DNA from: the human T2T-CHM13v2.0 reference genome, Homo sapiens
Assembly: GCF_009914755.1 (NCBI RefSeq)
Contig: NC_060943.1
Length of the DNA stretch: 64,000 nt
Reading direction: 5' to 3' (one strand)
Both the position numbers and the translations under genes were made by a program. Within the stretch, counting starts at the first letter, position 1; every line of letters begins with the position of its first letter. Below the pieces are notes generated by a model. The model saw only the letters and a program-made list of their open reading frames with translations, had not been told where the DNA came from and ran no database searches. Below are positions 36,000-57,522 of the stretch, in pieces.

Positions 36000-36171
36000 G
36001 TGATGAGGGATTAATCCACCATTCAACTCCTCCAGGGGGCGGGACTGCAGGGCAGGGTGGGAAACGGAGGGTCCTGGCAGGGTGGGCCAGGGTGGGCACA
36101 GCAGAGAAGTGATTTAAGAGCCAAGCCCTTGTCAGTACACACTTGTGTTTGGGAACAGATCAGGACTCAGG
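36000..36171 (+). promoter_or_regulatory. TPRX2: Candidate TPRX2 proximal promoter
   Basis: GGATTAATCC 36008-36017; GC box GGGGGCGGG 36035-36043; three CAGGGTGGG boxes (36053, 36078, 36088); TATA-like GATTTAAG 36111-36118 about 60 bp before the ATG. Confidence 0.6.
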
Positions 36172-36196
36172 ATGCAAGACCCTGGTCATCTCCAAG
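36172..36196 (+). CDS. TPRX2: TPRX2 first coding exon (MQDPGHLQ+G)
   Basis: aggATGC start; phase-1 donor AAG|GTGAGC at 36197 matches the phase of the next exon. Confidence 0.85.
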
Positions 36197-36356
36197 GTGA
36201 GCAGGGACAGAGGTGTGAGGGGTCTGGGCTGATCCTGTGGCTGAGGCTGCAGAGTGCAAATCTGGGCAGCCAGAGAAGGGCTGGGCCTGTGCGGGTGGCT
36301 TCCTGTCCTGCAGACGGGGGAGAACTTAGTGGTGTCTGGGAAATGAAAAATCATGC

Positions 36357-36660
36357 AGCTGGGCGCAGAGTCTCACGCCTGTGATCCCAGCTCTTTGGGA
36401 AGCCAAGGTGGGAGGATCACTTGAGCCCGGGACTCTGAAACCAGCCGAGCCAACATAGTGGAGACCCGTCTTTAGCAAAAATACAAAAATTACCCAGGGG
36501 TCGTGGTGCACACCTGTGGTCCCAGCTACTCGGGAGACTAAGGCGGGGGGTTCCTTGAGCCCAGGAAGTGGAGGCTGACTTGAGCCGTGATCACATCACT
36601 GCACTCCAGCCTGGGTGACAGAGCGAGATCCCCTCCAAGAAAAAGAAAGAAGGAAAGAAA
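36357..36660 (+). mobile_element. AluJ-like element in TPRX2 intron 1
   Basis: Diverged Alu with ggaggatcacttgagccc. Confidence 0.85.
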
Positions 36661-36779
36661 TTAAACCATGCAGTTGAGTGGAGCAGAGGACTGGGCAGGT
36701 GGTGGCGCCCCTGCAAGTGTCAGGGTCCCTATAACCCTTGGATGGGAGGGGACGGGGCAGCTGGGGAGGGCTGAGCAGG

Positions 36780-37900
36780 CCTGAGGCAGCCCCGTCTGCT
36801 CCGAGGTGAGGCGCCTACGCTGCCTGCCTTCCCAGGAGCTGTTATCGCGCCCATTTCCTAGATGTGGACCCTGAGGCCCAGAGAGGTGCAAGGTCTGGTC
36901 TGGATACCAGGCTGCTATCCGCGGTGCCGCCCCAGCCCACACTGCCTGGGCTCCTGGCCTGGCGCAGGGGACGGGGTCCCTAGGGGGGCTGGGGGCTGCC
37001 TGGGGGTTTCTGTGACCTGTTTCCCTCCCACCCCCAGGCCCTCCCCTGGCCCTGGACACTCCAAGGAGACAGCGGCAGGAGCGCACGGTCTACACTGAAA
37101 GCCAGCAGAAAGTGCTAGAATTTTACTTTCAGAAGGACCAGTACCCGAACTACGACCAGCGACTGAATCTGGCGGAGATGCTCAGCCTCAGGGAGCAACA
37201 GCTGCAGGTCTGACCCCCACCCCCACCCCGCCCGCCCCAGTCACCCCAAGGAGCCTCCCCACCGCTGTCACTCACCGGGGCCTGGCCCGCCCGACCACCT
37301 CCCGCCCTGCCACGCAAGGGGTCCCGCCAGTGTAGACCCGGGCTGCATCCTGAGTCCTGTTCCAACTCTATGCTAGCCCAAACTCGCCCACATGATCGGC
37401 CCAGGCTGTCCCCCACGGGGTCTCCCGGTGCCCGGACCTCAGGCACCCGTGAGAACCCGCGGTCCCTCCCCTGGAACCCTCCCTGGCCCCCCGGGCACCT
37501 GGGCGGCAGACCCGGCTCCTCCCCTCCCACCCCACCCTCCTCCCCCTACTTTCCCCTCCCTCTTCCCTCCCTTCTCCAGGCCTGGGAGCCGGGGGCCCTC
37601 ATATGGTGGGTGCGGGGTGGGGGTGAACACCGGGAGAGTTTTGAGGCCGGCGCCGCCCCCGAGCGGCTCACCCGGGCCGCGCGAGTCCCTCCTTCACACC
37701 TTCTCCCTGTCCCCTCTGCCCCCCAGGTGTGGTTCAAGAATCGCCGCGCCAAACTAGCTCGGGAGCGGCGGCTCCAGCAGCAGCCCCAGCGCGTCCCTGG
37801 GCAGAGAGGCCGAGGAGCCCGCGCTGCGCCCCTAGTCCCTGTAGCCGCTGCCTCCTTCCCTGGGGGTCCTGAGTTCCCGCAGGGCAGGGGTTCCTGGATC
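36780..37900. other. CpG-rich, GC-rich island-like segment over TPRX2 exon 2, intron 2 and start of exon 3
   Basis: Visibly high CpG density outside Alus (e.g. ccggcgccgcccccgagcggctcacccgggccgcgcg); not computed. Confidence 0.55.
37038..37207 (+). CDS. TPRX2: TPRX2 exon 2, homeodomain helices 1-2
   Basis: Acceptor cccacccccAG 37036-37037; PPLALDTPRRQRQERTVYT...LREQQLQ; donor CAG|GTCTGA at 37208. Confidence 0.93.
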
Positions 37901-38437
37901 TCCCCTCAGCCGGGCCCCTGGGGAGTCCTCCCAGCAGCAGAACCGAAGATCTACAGCCTCCCCCGGACCTGGGGTGGCCCTGAGTGTGGAACACAGGAGG
38001 GCCTCAAGGCTGTCCCGGCTCCAGGCCCTGGCCCAATCCCAGCCCCTATCCCAGGCCCAGCCCAGATCCCAGGCCCAGTCCCAGGCCCAGCCCCGAATTT
38101 AGGCCCAATGTCAGGCCCACTGTCAGTCTCGATCCCCGGTCCAATACCAGCCCCCATCTCTTGCCCAGGCCCAATCCCAGACCCAGTCCTAGGCCGAACC
38201 CTGATGCCAGGCCCAGGATCACTCCCAACCCCAGCCCCAGGCGCCTTGTGGCCTCAGAGCCCCTATGCCTCCAACTTGTCGCCAGACACCCAGTTATACC
38301 CTGACTTCACCAAGCTGCTCCCGCTCCTAGACCGGTTCGAGGAATCCTCACTCTCCACCACGACGTCTCAGTACAAAGAGGAGGATGGCTTCGTGGACAA
38401 AAATCACTCAGTCCCCAGGTCATTACTGGATTTATAG
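37727..38437 (+). CDS. TPRX2: TPRX2 exon 3: helix 3 (VWFKNRRAK), Pro-Gly tetrapeptide repeats, C-terminus
   Basis: Acceptor ctgccccccAG 37725-37726; in-frame part of ORF 37370..38437; TAG ends 38437. Confidence 0.95.
   Translation: MWFKNRRAKLARERRLQQQPQRVPGQRGRGARAAPLVPVAAASFPGGPEFPQGRGSWISPQPGPWGVLPAAEPKIYSLPRTWGGPECGTQEGLKAVPAPGPGPIPAPIPGPAQIPGPVPGPAPNLGPMSGPLSVSIPGPIPAPISCPGPIPDPVLGRTLMPGPGSLPTPAPGALWPQSPYASNLSPDTQLYPDFTKLLPLLDRFEESSLSTTTSQYKEEDGFVDKNHSVPRSLLDL
38015..38245 (+). repeat. TPRX2: Coding degenerate 12-bp (CCAGGCCCARTC-like) repeat encoding PGPI/PAPI tetrapeptides
   Basis: Repeated ccaggccca units; protein PGPGPIPAPIPGPAQIPGPVPGPAP... Confidence 0.85.
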
Positions 38438-41049
38438 GGGGCCTGTGCCTGCAAAGTTCTTCAGATCCCAGAGGGCCTGGAGTGGCTGATCTACACTGCT
38501 GGTGACTTTCTGCAGTGAATGCATCACCCTTTACCCACCCTGCTGCAGGTGGACATTTGCTGTCTTCACTGTGCAGCCATCACAGGTGGCTCTGCTGTGA
38601 ATGTGCCTGCCTGTCATTTGAATTGAGCCTGAGCGTTTCTCTGCTGAGACTGGAGTCGCTGCTCACTGGGATGTTTGGCATTAGTGGATGCCGCTTGAGA
38701 GCTTTGTTAAGGGCTTTTCCCAGCCCTCCTTCTGGTCAATGTCCTCCCCAACACTGAGGCTTGTGAGACTTTTTAATGTTTGTCGATCCAGTGACTTGTG
38801 GTTTTGTTGTGGTTGTAATATCCATTTCCCTGATGATTGAGAGATTGAGAAATTCTCATATGGGTATTAGGCATTTTCAAATAGTGACTATTTTTCGTTT
38901 TTTTTTTTGAATATTTTCTCATTTTTATTAAATAGTGACTATTCATGGTCTTTTTGGCCCATTTTTTGTAGTTGATTTCTTTACAAATGTTTATAATTTT
39001 TTTTTTTTTGAGTCAAAGCCTTGCTCTGCCACCCAGGCTATCGTGCAGTGGCACGATCTTGGCTCACTGCGGCCTCTGCTTCCTGGGTTCAAGTGATTCT
39101 CTAGAGTCTCAGCCTCCTGAGTAGCTGGGACTACAGGTGCCCACCACCGTGCCTGGCTAATTGTTGTATTTTTAGTAGAGATGGGGTTTCACCATGTTGG
39201 CCAGGCTGGTCTTGAACTCCTGACCTCAAAGTGTTCCGCCTGCCTCAGCCTCCCAAAGTGCTGGGATTACAGGTGTGAGCCACTGTACCCGGCCACGATG
39301 TTTTAAAATAAAACTCCATTGGGAGTTAATATTCTGCGAGGATCTCCTATTATGTGGTTCGTCTTCTTGCTTTTGTTAAGTAGATCACTGTGCATAGCAT
39401 TCAAAACATTCATCAGCAGATTCATTCTTCAGTAGAAGAAAAAACTCAATTTAAAAATCAGACTTGATGGACAAAAACTGTTATAAAAGTTTATTTTTTT
39501 TTTGAGACAGGGTCTCACTCTGTCATCCATGCTGGAATGCAGTGGTGCCATCTTGGCTCACTGCAACCTCCGCCTCCCACGTTCAAGTGATTCTCCTACT
39601 TCAGCCTCCTGACTTGCTGGAACTACAGGTGTGGGCCACCACACCTGGCTAATTTTTGTATTTTTTGTAGAGACAAGGTTTCTCCATGTTGCCCAGACTT
39701 GAGCTTTCAAGTTTCTTCAAGAAAATTGTTGGAATTTTAATTGGAATGACATGAAATTTAGAAGTGTTTTTGGGAGAAATTGAAATTTTTACAAAGTCTA
39801 GTCGACCTAGTACTTATTTATATTCATTCAATCGGTGTTTTACAAAGGTTCTTCATGAAATGTTGTTATTGTTATTATTATTATTATTTTTCTGACAGAG
39901 TCTCGCTCTGTCGCCCAGGCTGGAGTGCAGTGGTGCAATCTTGGCTCACTGCAACCTCTACCTCCTGGGTTCAAGTGATTATCTTGCCCCGGCCTCCTGA
40001 GTAGCTGGGCTTACTGGGATTACAGTAGCACACCACCACGCCCGGCTAATTTTTGTATTTTTAGTAGAGATGGGGTTTCACCATGTTGGCCAGGCTGGTC
40101 TTGAACTCCTGACCTCAGGTGATCCACCCCCGTCGGCCTCCCAAAGTGCTGAGATTACAGGCGCGAGCCACCGCGCCTGGCTGAAATGTTATTATTTAAT
40201 CACAGAGCTCTTGCATGCATCTTTCTGTAGATTTATTTCTTGCACTTCATTTTTATTATTGTCTGATATTTTACATGGTATTTTAAATTTCTTATTTTAA
40301 AAAAATGTTTGTCTTGCACATAGAATTCAGTTGATCTGTTTATTTTGTTTCCAGGAACCTAGTTCAATTCTTTTGAATTCTCATAACTTAGCTGGACATT
40401 GTAAATTTAAAAATGAATAAAACTTCATGGTTACTTTGTGGACATTGATTGCTGCTAAGCCGACGAGTGCCTCTCCTCAGCACTCCACACCCCTCTCCGC
40501 GTCTCGCTTCCTCTGCCGCCCCCTAGTGGCCATCCTGGCCCTGGGTCTCCCCACAGCGGGTTCTCTGACCCTGCCTGTCCTGGTCCCGTTTAGCAAATGC
40601 TCTAATCCTCTTAGGCCAGGCCAGCCTCAGCAAAGCAGAGAGAGAATTAGATCAGATGTTGGGGGAAGGGAGGACGGCTGTGCGTGTGTGCGGGGGACAG
40701 ACTTCCAGGATGTAATGAAAGCTCCTCCTTATCTAGCCGACCCTGGTAGTAAAATACACACAAAAACACCGGAACTTCACACCAGTCAGACTCTGACAGT
40801 GTGGGAAGAGTAGGGAGGAATCTAATCCATCTATTGTAGGCGAGGGAGCCCCTGTGGACATTCTGGGGGCATGGGGGAGAGGTGGTCCAGTCTGACTGTA
40901 GATTCAGAATCACATCCTGGGCCTAGGGGAGGGACGGTGGTGCTCCAGGGCCCTGCAGGCATATCAATGAATGGAAAATGGATTAGTTTATTAATGAAGA
41001 TGGAATTTGCATGTGCCCTGATTAGCTGAATAGAAAGTGAATGGATTAA

Positions 41050-41430
<381 letters not shown>

Positions 41431-41457
41431 TAGCTGAACAGAAAGTGAATGGATTAA

Positions 41458-42010
<553 letters not shown>

Positions 42011-42535
42011 TGAAGCTGGTCTCGAACTCCTGAGCTCAGGCAATCCTCCAGCCCATGTCTCCCAAAGTGCTGGGACCACAGGCAGGAGCCACTGCCCCCG
42101 GCTATATCTTCTCCATTCAATTTCCCTCCTTTTTCACCCAAGCAAGCAGCCCCCTTCACTCCCTTTGGAAACCGAAAATTCCAAGGGAATTTTACCATCT
42201 CTTAGGAAGCTCTCCCGCCTCTCCTCATCATCCCAGGCTGTGTTCTGGGCATCCCCAAGGGAAGCATCTGGACTTCTCACTGGACCAAGGAAGAGGGGAC
42301 GAGGTGACGTTCAGAAGGCGGGCCTTCGAAATTCCCCATGTCTGTCTTGGCAAGAGCAAGAATTTCTCTTGTTTTCCTGCCTGTAGCCAAAAAGCATAAC
42401 AAGAAAGGATTCAGGGTACGTATGAGAACAGTTCATTGTACCTTAGACAAATGGGTCAAGTTCAAGCTAATACTGCCCTGCATGCTCCGGGATGGAGATG
42501 GAGGCAGTGCAGGTAGAAATGTCATTGTCTTGTAA

Positions 42536-42946
<411 letters not shown>

Positions 42947-43024
42947 TAGCCAGGATGGTCACGATCTCCTGACCTTGTGATCCACTCGCCTCAGCCTCCC
43001 AAAGTGCTGGGATTACAGGCATAA

Positions 43025-43222
<198 letters not shown>

Positions 43223-43482
43223 TAGTTTCTGATTTTCTTTTTTTTTTTTTCGAGATGGAGTTTTGCTCTTTTTGCCCAGGCTGGAGTGCAATGGCACGGT
43301 CTAGGCTCACTGCAGCCTCCACCTCCTGGGTTGAAGTGATTCTCCTGCCTCAGCCTCCCGAGTAGCTTGGATTACAGGCGCCTGCCACCACGCCCAGCTC
43401 ATTTTTTTTTGTAATTTTAGTAGAGCAGGGTTTCACCATGTTGGCCAGACTGGTCTCGAACTCCTGACCTCACCTGACCTCA

Positions 43483-43584
<102 letters not shown>

Positions 43585-44942
43585 TCACTCTGTCACCCAG
43601 GCTGGTGTACAGTGGTGTGATCATAGCTCACTGCAACCCTGAACTCTTAGGCTCAAGCAGTCTTCTCATCCCAGCCTCCCTAGTGGCTGTGCCTACAGCC
43701 ATGTGCCACCAAGCCAGGCTAATTTTTAATTTTTTTCCTGTAGAGATGGGGTCTTGCTATGTTGCCTGGGTTGGTCTCGAACTCCTGGGCTCAAGCTATC
43801 CTCCCATCTAGCTTCCTAAAGCATTGGGATTACAGGTTTGAGCCACAGCACCTGGCCTGCCCCATCTCTTAAAAAAAAAAAAAAATAGTGAGGTTGGTGG
43901 GGTGGGGCACCAGTATGTTTTAAAGCTCTGAGGCAATTCCAGTGTGCAAAGCTTGAGTACTGCTGTTCTCAGTCAAATCCCTGCCATGGAGTAGACAGAC
44001 TCCTGGGAGTTGATGCCTAACTGTCATTATTAAGAAGACACCAAAGCCAGCTGTGGTGGCTCATGCCTGTCATCCCAGCACTTTGGGAGGCCGAGGTGGG
44101 TGGATCACCTAAGTTCAGGAGTTTGAGACCAGCCTGGCCAACATGATGAAACTCCCCTCTCTACTAAAAATAAAAAAATTAGCAGAGCATGATGGCGGGT
44201 GCCTGTAATCCCAGCTACTCAGGAGGCTGAGGCATGAGAATCGCTTGAACTGGGGAGGTGGAGGCTGCAGTGAGCCAAGATTGCGCCACTGCGCTCCAGC
44301 CTGGGTGACAGAGCGAGACTGTCTCAAAAACAAACAAACAAACAAACAAACAAAACTATTTTAGTAAAAGAAAACTCAAAATTGCCTTATCTGATTGTCC
44401 CTTTCACAGAAATCCACCTAGATAAAATCAAATGCCATAAAGAGAAAGATGTGAATGGTCATTATTTTATTTATTATTTATTTATTTATTTTTGAGATGG
44501 AGTTTTGCTGTTGTTGCCCAGGCTGGAGTGCAGTGGCTTGATCTTGGCTCACCGCAACCTCCGCCTCCCGGTTCAAGTGATTCTCCTGCCTCAGCCTCTC
44601 GAGTAGCTGAGATTACAGGCATGAGCCACCATGCCCAGCTAATTTTTGTATTTTCAGTAGAGACGGGGTTTCTCCATGTTGGTCAGGCTGGTCTCCAACT
44701 CCCGACCTCAGGTTATCTGCCTGCCTCGGCTCCCAAAGTGCTGGGATTACAGGCATGAGCCACTGTGCCCAGCCTGTGAATGGTCATTATTTTTATACCA
44801 AATAAATATAGTAGCCACCAGTAAATTCATTAGTTAAAAAGGGTTTTCAGCTGGGCATGGTGGTTCACGCCTGCAATCCCAGCACTTTGGGAGGCCTAGG
44901 TGGGTGGATTACGAGGTCGGGAGATCAAGACCATCCTGGCTA

Positions 44943-45123
<181 letters not shown>

Positions 45124-45535
45124 TTAAAAAAAAAAAAAGGGTTTTCAAGGCCAGGTAAGGAGGTGGCTCACGCTTTCTAATCTCGGGAAGCCGAGGTGGA
45201 AGGATGGACTGAACCCAGAAGTTCGAGACTGGCCTGGGCAACATAGTAAGACCCCGTCTCTACAAAAAATTAAAAATTTGGCCAGGTGTGGTGGCACTAC
45301 CTGTGGTCTCAGCTACTTGGAAGGCTGAGGCAGGAGGGAGGATCACTTGAGCCTGGGAGGTGGAAGCTGCAGTGAGCTGTGGTGGTAGCACTGCACTCCA
45401 GACTGGATGACACAGCAAGACCCCGTCTCAAAAAAAATTTTTTTCCAGACTCCCATTTTAACAGACTGTTTCTGCCGGGTGCAGTGGCTCACGCCTGTAT
45501 TCACAACACTTTCGGAGGCCGAGGAGGGCGGATCA

Positions 45536-45784
<249 letters not shown>

Positions 45785-45988
45785 TCAGACTGCTTCCCTG
45801 AAATTCTTCTAAAGAAAATGCCTGACAGGAAATAACTTAAGGATATTGTGGGTTTTTATTGTTGCTACTTCGAGATGCAGTTGTATCTCTAGAGACACAG
45901 TGGGGTCAGATCAGAGATGGGGTTCATTCAGGGGCACCCCCAGAACTGGGAGAGTCCTCGGCTTCCACATACCCGTTATGGTGCTCCG

Positions 45989-46004
45989 TGGCCACCAGGG
46001 GGCA
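45989..46004 (+). promoter_or_regulatory. CTCF core motif TGGCCACCAGGGGGCA
   Basis: Near-exact match to CTCF consensus TGGCCACCAGGGGGCGC in unique sequence between TPRX2 and SULT2A1. Confidence 0.7.
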
Positions 46005-46227
46005 ACAATACGTCACTGTTCCAGCCCAGGGAGCGGCCAACCAGAGCTTGGACCTGGGGTGTCCCAGGAGCCACCTAGACCGGCTGGTTCCTTCCATACA
46101 AAAGACCTCCAGGTGGGATGGGGGAGAGACACCCCACATTCGAGTGGGAGAAAAACATGGAAAAGACACAGAGGCAACATTATATTTCTTTCCACTTGTG
46201 TAATTTAAGCTAAAGCCAAACAGCTAG

Positions 46228-46575
<348 letters not shown>

Positions 46576-46961
46576 TGATGCAAAACATCGTTTCATGTGC
46601 TGATTTGCCATCCCTGTGTCCTCTTTGGTGAAATGTTTGTTCAAATCTTTTATTCTTTTTTTTCTTTTAAAAGATTATTTGTTTAATGCTGGGTTTTAGG
46701 AGTTCTTTATGTATTCTAGAAACAAGTCCATTGCCAGATATGAGATTTACAAGTACTTCCTCTCCATCTCTGGTTTGTCTTCTTGTTTTCTCATTTTGTT
46801 TTGAGATGGAGTCTCACTTTGTTGCCCAGGCTGGAATGTAGTGGCACAATCTCGGCTCACTGCAACCTCCGCCAACACATCTGGCTAATTTTTCTATTTT
46901 TAGTAGAGACAGGGTTTTACCATGTTGGCCAGACTTGTCTTGAACTCCTGAGCTCAAGTGA

Positions 46962-47427
<466 letters not shown>

Positions 47428-47772
47428 TAACAACACAGAGTAAGAGGATAAAATTAGATTGCAAATTACACTCCTTAAGATCAGAGCAATAATAAATTGT
47501 GGAGATACATGTGATGAAAAGAAATGGAACCTTAATTGCTCCTGTAATTTTATTTCTTATTTTTATTACTAATTTTTGCTCTAAAATCTGTCACTGTAGC
47601 TATTTCTTATTTTTATTAACAAACATTTAGACATCCTTTTAGGTAGTACGTACATTATTCTTGTAGCATTCTGTAAACGGGAAACATTGCAAACATTTAA
47701 AAAAGTCTGGGATCCCATGACTCAACTCACTGCAACCTTTGCATCCCTGGGCTTTGAACCCTGGTTCTCTGA

Positions 47773-48102
<330 letters not shown>

Positions 48103-48386
48103 TAGTAGAGATGGGGTTTCACCGTGTTAGCCAGGATGGTCTCAGTCTCCTGACCTCGTGATCCGCCCGTCTCGGCCTCCCATAGTGCTGGGATTACAGG
48201 CATGAACCACCGTGCCTGGCCAACCCTGGTAACTTTTAACAAGGAAGGGATCAGAGATGCAGAGGTTTGATATTTAAGGTTTCAGGATAAAATAATAAGT
48301 CTTACACAATGACCCCAGTCAGGTACATGTACAAGGACAGGAGAATCAATGTCATTCTCCATATAAGATCCAGAGTGTTTTGGACG

Positions 48387-48620
<234 letters not shown>

Positions 48621-48833
48621 TTATCCTGCCTGGTCACATAGTTATTCACCTAGCTGGAAACAATTTCCTATTTTCTCCTTTCTCCCATCCATCCTGTGTA
48701 CAATTCCTCAGCAATAACGCCAGTATATCATCTGATATGTCCAGAATCAAGTCACGTCTCACCACCTCTGTTTCTACCACGTTGACTCAAGCCAACATCA
48801 TTTTTCACCTGGATTATTACAGTACACTTGTAA

Positions 48834-55740
<6,907 letters not shown>

Positions 55741-55961
55741 TAGATGTTTTAAGATAAAATAAGGAGCGTGAAGCTTGGGCAAGGGTCAACCAGAAACAGG
55801 GCAATGAAGACCAGGGAGTTAATCCCGCTCTTTGTGACTCTTCACCAGGCTCCACTTTAACTGAGAGGGTGGAATGAAGACACAGCGGGATGGAGGGAAT
55901 TTAAGGAAAGTAAGGATGGTGGTGAGAGGGTGTGCACTGACTCTAAAAATGATGGGATTAC

Positions 55962-56056
55962 CTGTTTCAGCTCCTCATAACTCAGTAACAGGAAGTTTTT
56001 CTCCTCTCTCATGGGCATCCAGCCATGAATGTGGTCAAACCATGACCCATATAGCA
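55962..56056 (-). CDS. SULT2A1: SULT2A1 exon 4
   Basis: (V)LYGSWFDHIHGWMPMREEKNFLLLSYEELKQ; catgcAG acceptor, GTAATC donor. Confidence 0.97.
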
Positions 56057-56486
56057 CTGCATGGGGTGGCAGAAAAAGTGATAGGTTACAAATTTTATGA
56101 GAGCAGGCATCCAGTCTATTATGTTCATCCCCCCACCGGCTTGTTAACGTATGATTGACAAATAAAACTTGAATGAAACTTGGTTGAAGGGGACCAACAA
56201 ATGGTATATATTTACAGTATATAACAGATGTTTTGATGTACGCATACACTATGGAATGACAGTGTATTAGTCAGTTTTCACACTGCTGTGAAGAACTGCC
56301 CAAGACTGGGTAATTCACAAAGGAAAGTGGCCTAATTGACTCACAGTTCAGTGTGGCTGGGGGAGCCTCAGGAAACTCACAATCATGGAGGAAGGGGAAG
56401 CAAGGCAACTTCCTCACAAGGTGGCAGGAGGGAGGAGTGAGTGCCAGCAGGGGAAATGCCAGCCACTTATAATACCATCAGATCTC

Positions 56487-56878
56487 AAATGTGGCATGTA
56501 TACACCATGGAATACAATGCAGCCATGAAAAAGGATGAGTTCATATCCTTTGTAGGGACATGGATGAAGCGGGAAACCATCATTCTGAGCAAACTATCGC
56601 AAGGACAGAAAACCAAACACCACATATTCTCACTCATAGGTGGGAATTGAACAATGAGAACACTTGGACACAGGGTGGGGAACATCACACACCGGGGCCT
56701 GTCATGGGGCGGGGGGAGGGGGAGGGATAGCATTAGGAGATATACCTAATGTAAATGACGAGTTAATGGGTGCAGCACACCAACATAGCACATGTATACA
56801 TATGTAACAAACCTGCACGTTGTGCACATGTACCCTAGAACTTAAAGTATAACAATAAAAAAAATTAAAAAAAAACCT
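56487..56878 (+). mobile_element. 5'-truncated L1PA 3' end
   Basis: caccatggaatac...ctcactcataggtgggaattgaacaatgag...gtaccctagaacttaaagtat; 13-bp TSD ACCATCAGATCTC at 56474-56486 and 57211-57223. Confidence 0.9.
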
Positions 56879-56879
56879 A

Positions 56880-57214
<335 letters not shown>

Positions 57215-57488
57215 TCAGATCTCGTGAAAACTCACTCACTGTCATGAGAACAGCATGGGGGAAACCACTACTATGATCCAATCACTTCCCACCAGGTCCC
57301 TCCTACAACACGTGGGGATTATGGGGATTACAATTCGAGATGAGATTTGGGTGGGGACACAAAGCCTAACCATATCAGACAGAATCAAGCTAATTAACAT
57401 ATTCATTTCCTCATATACTTACCATTTTTTGTCGGGGCGGTGAGAACATTTAAGATGGTCTCTCTTAGCAATTGTCAAGTATGGAATA

Positions 57489-57522
<34 letters not shown>

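Larger units (their letters stand above)
36172..38437 (+). other. TPRX2: TPRX2 gene; CDS join(36172..36196,37038..37207,37727..38437), 301 aa tetrapeptide-repeat homeobox protein
   Basis: 25+170+711=906 nt open frame, [74 protein letters not shown]...SLLDL; all introns GT-AG; located between CRX and SULT2A1. Confidence 0.93.

Noticed and set aside
37370-37726. N-terminal 119 aa of the 355-aa ORF as a novel protein start
   Set aside because: This is GC-rich intron 2 of TPRX2; canonical splice sites give the full homeodomain, and open frames are common at this GC content
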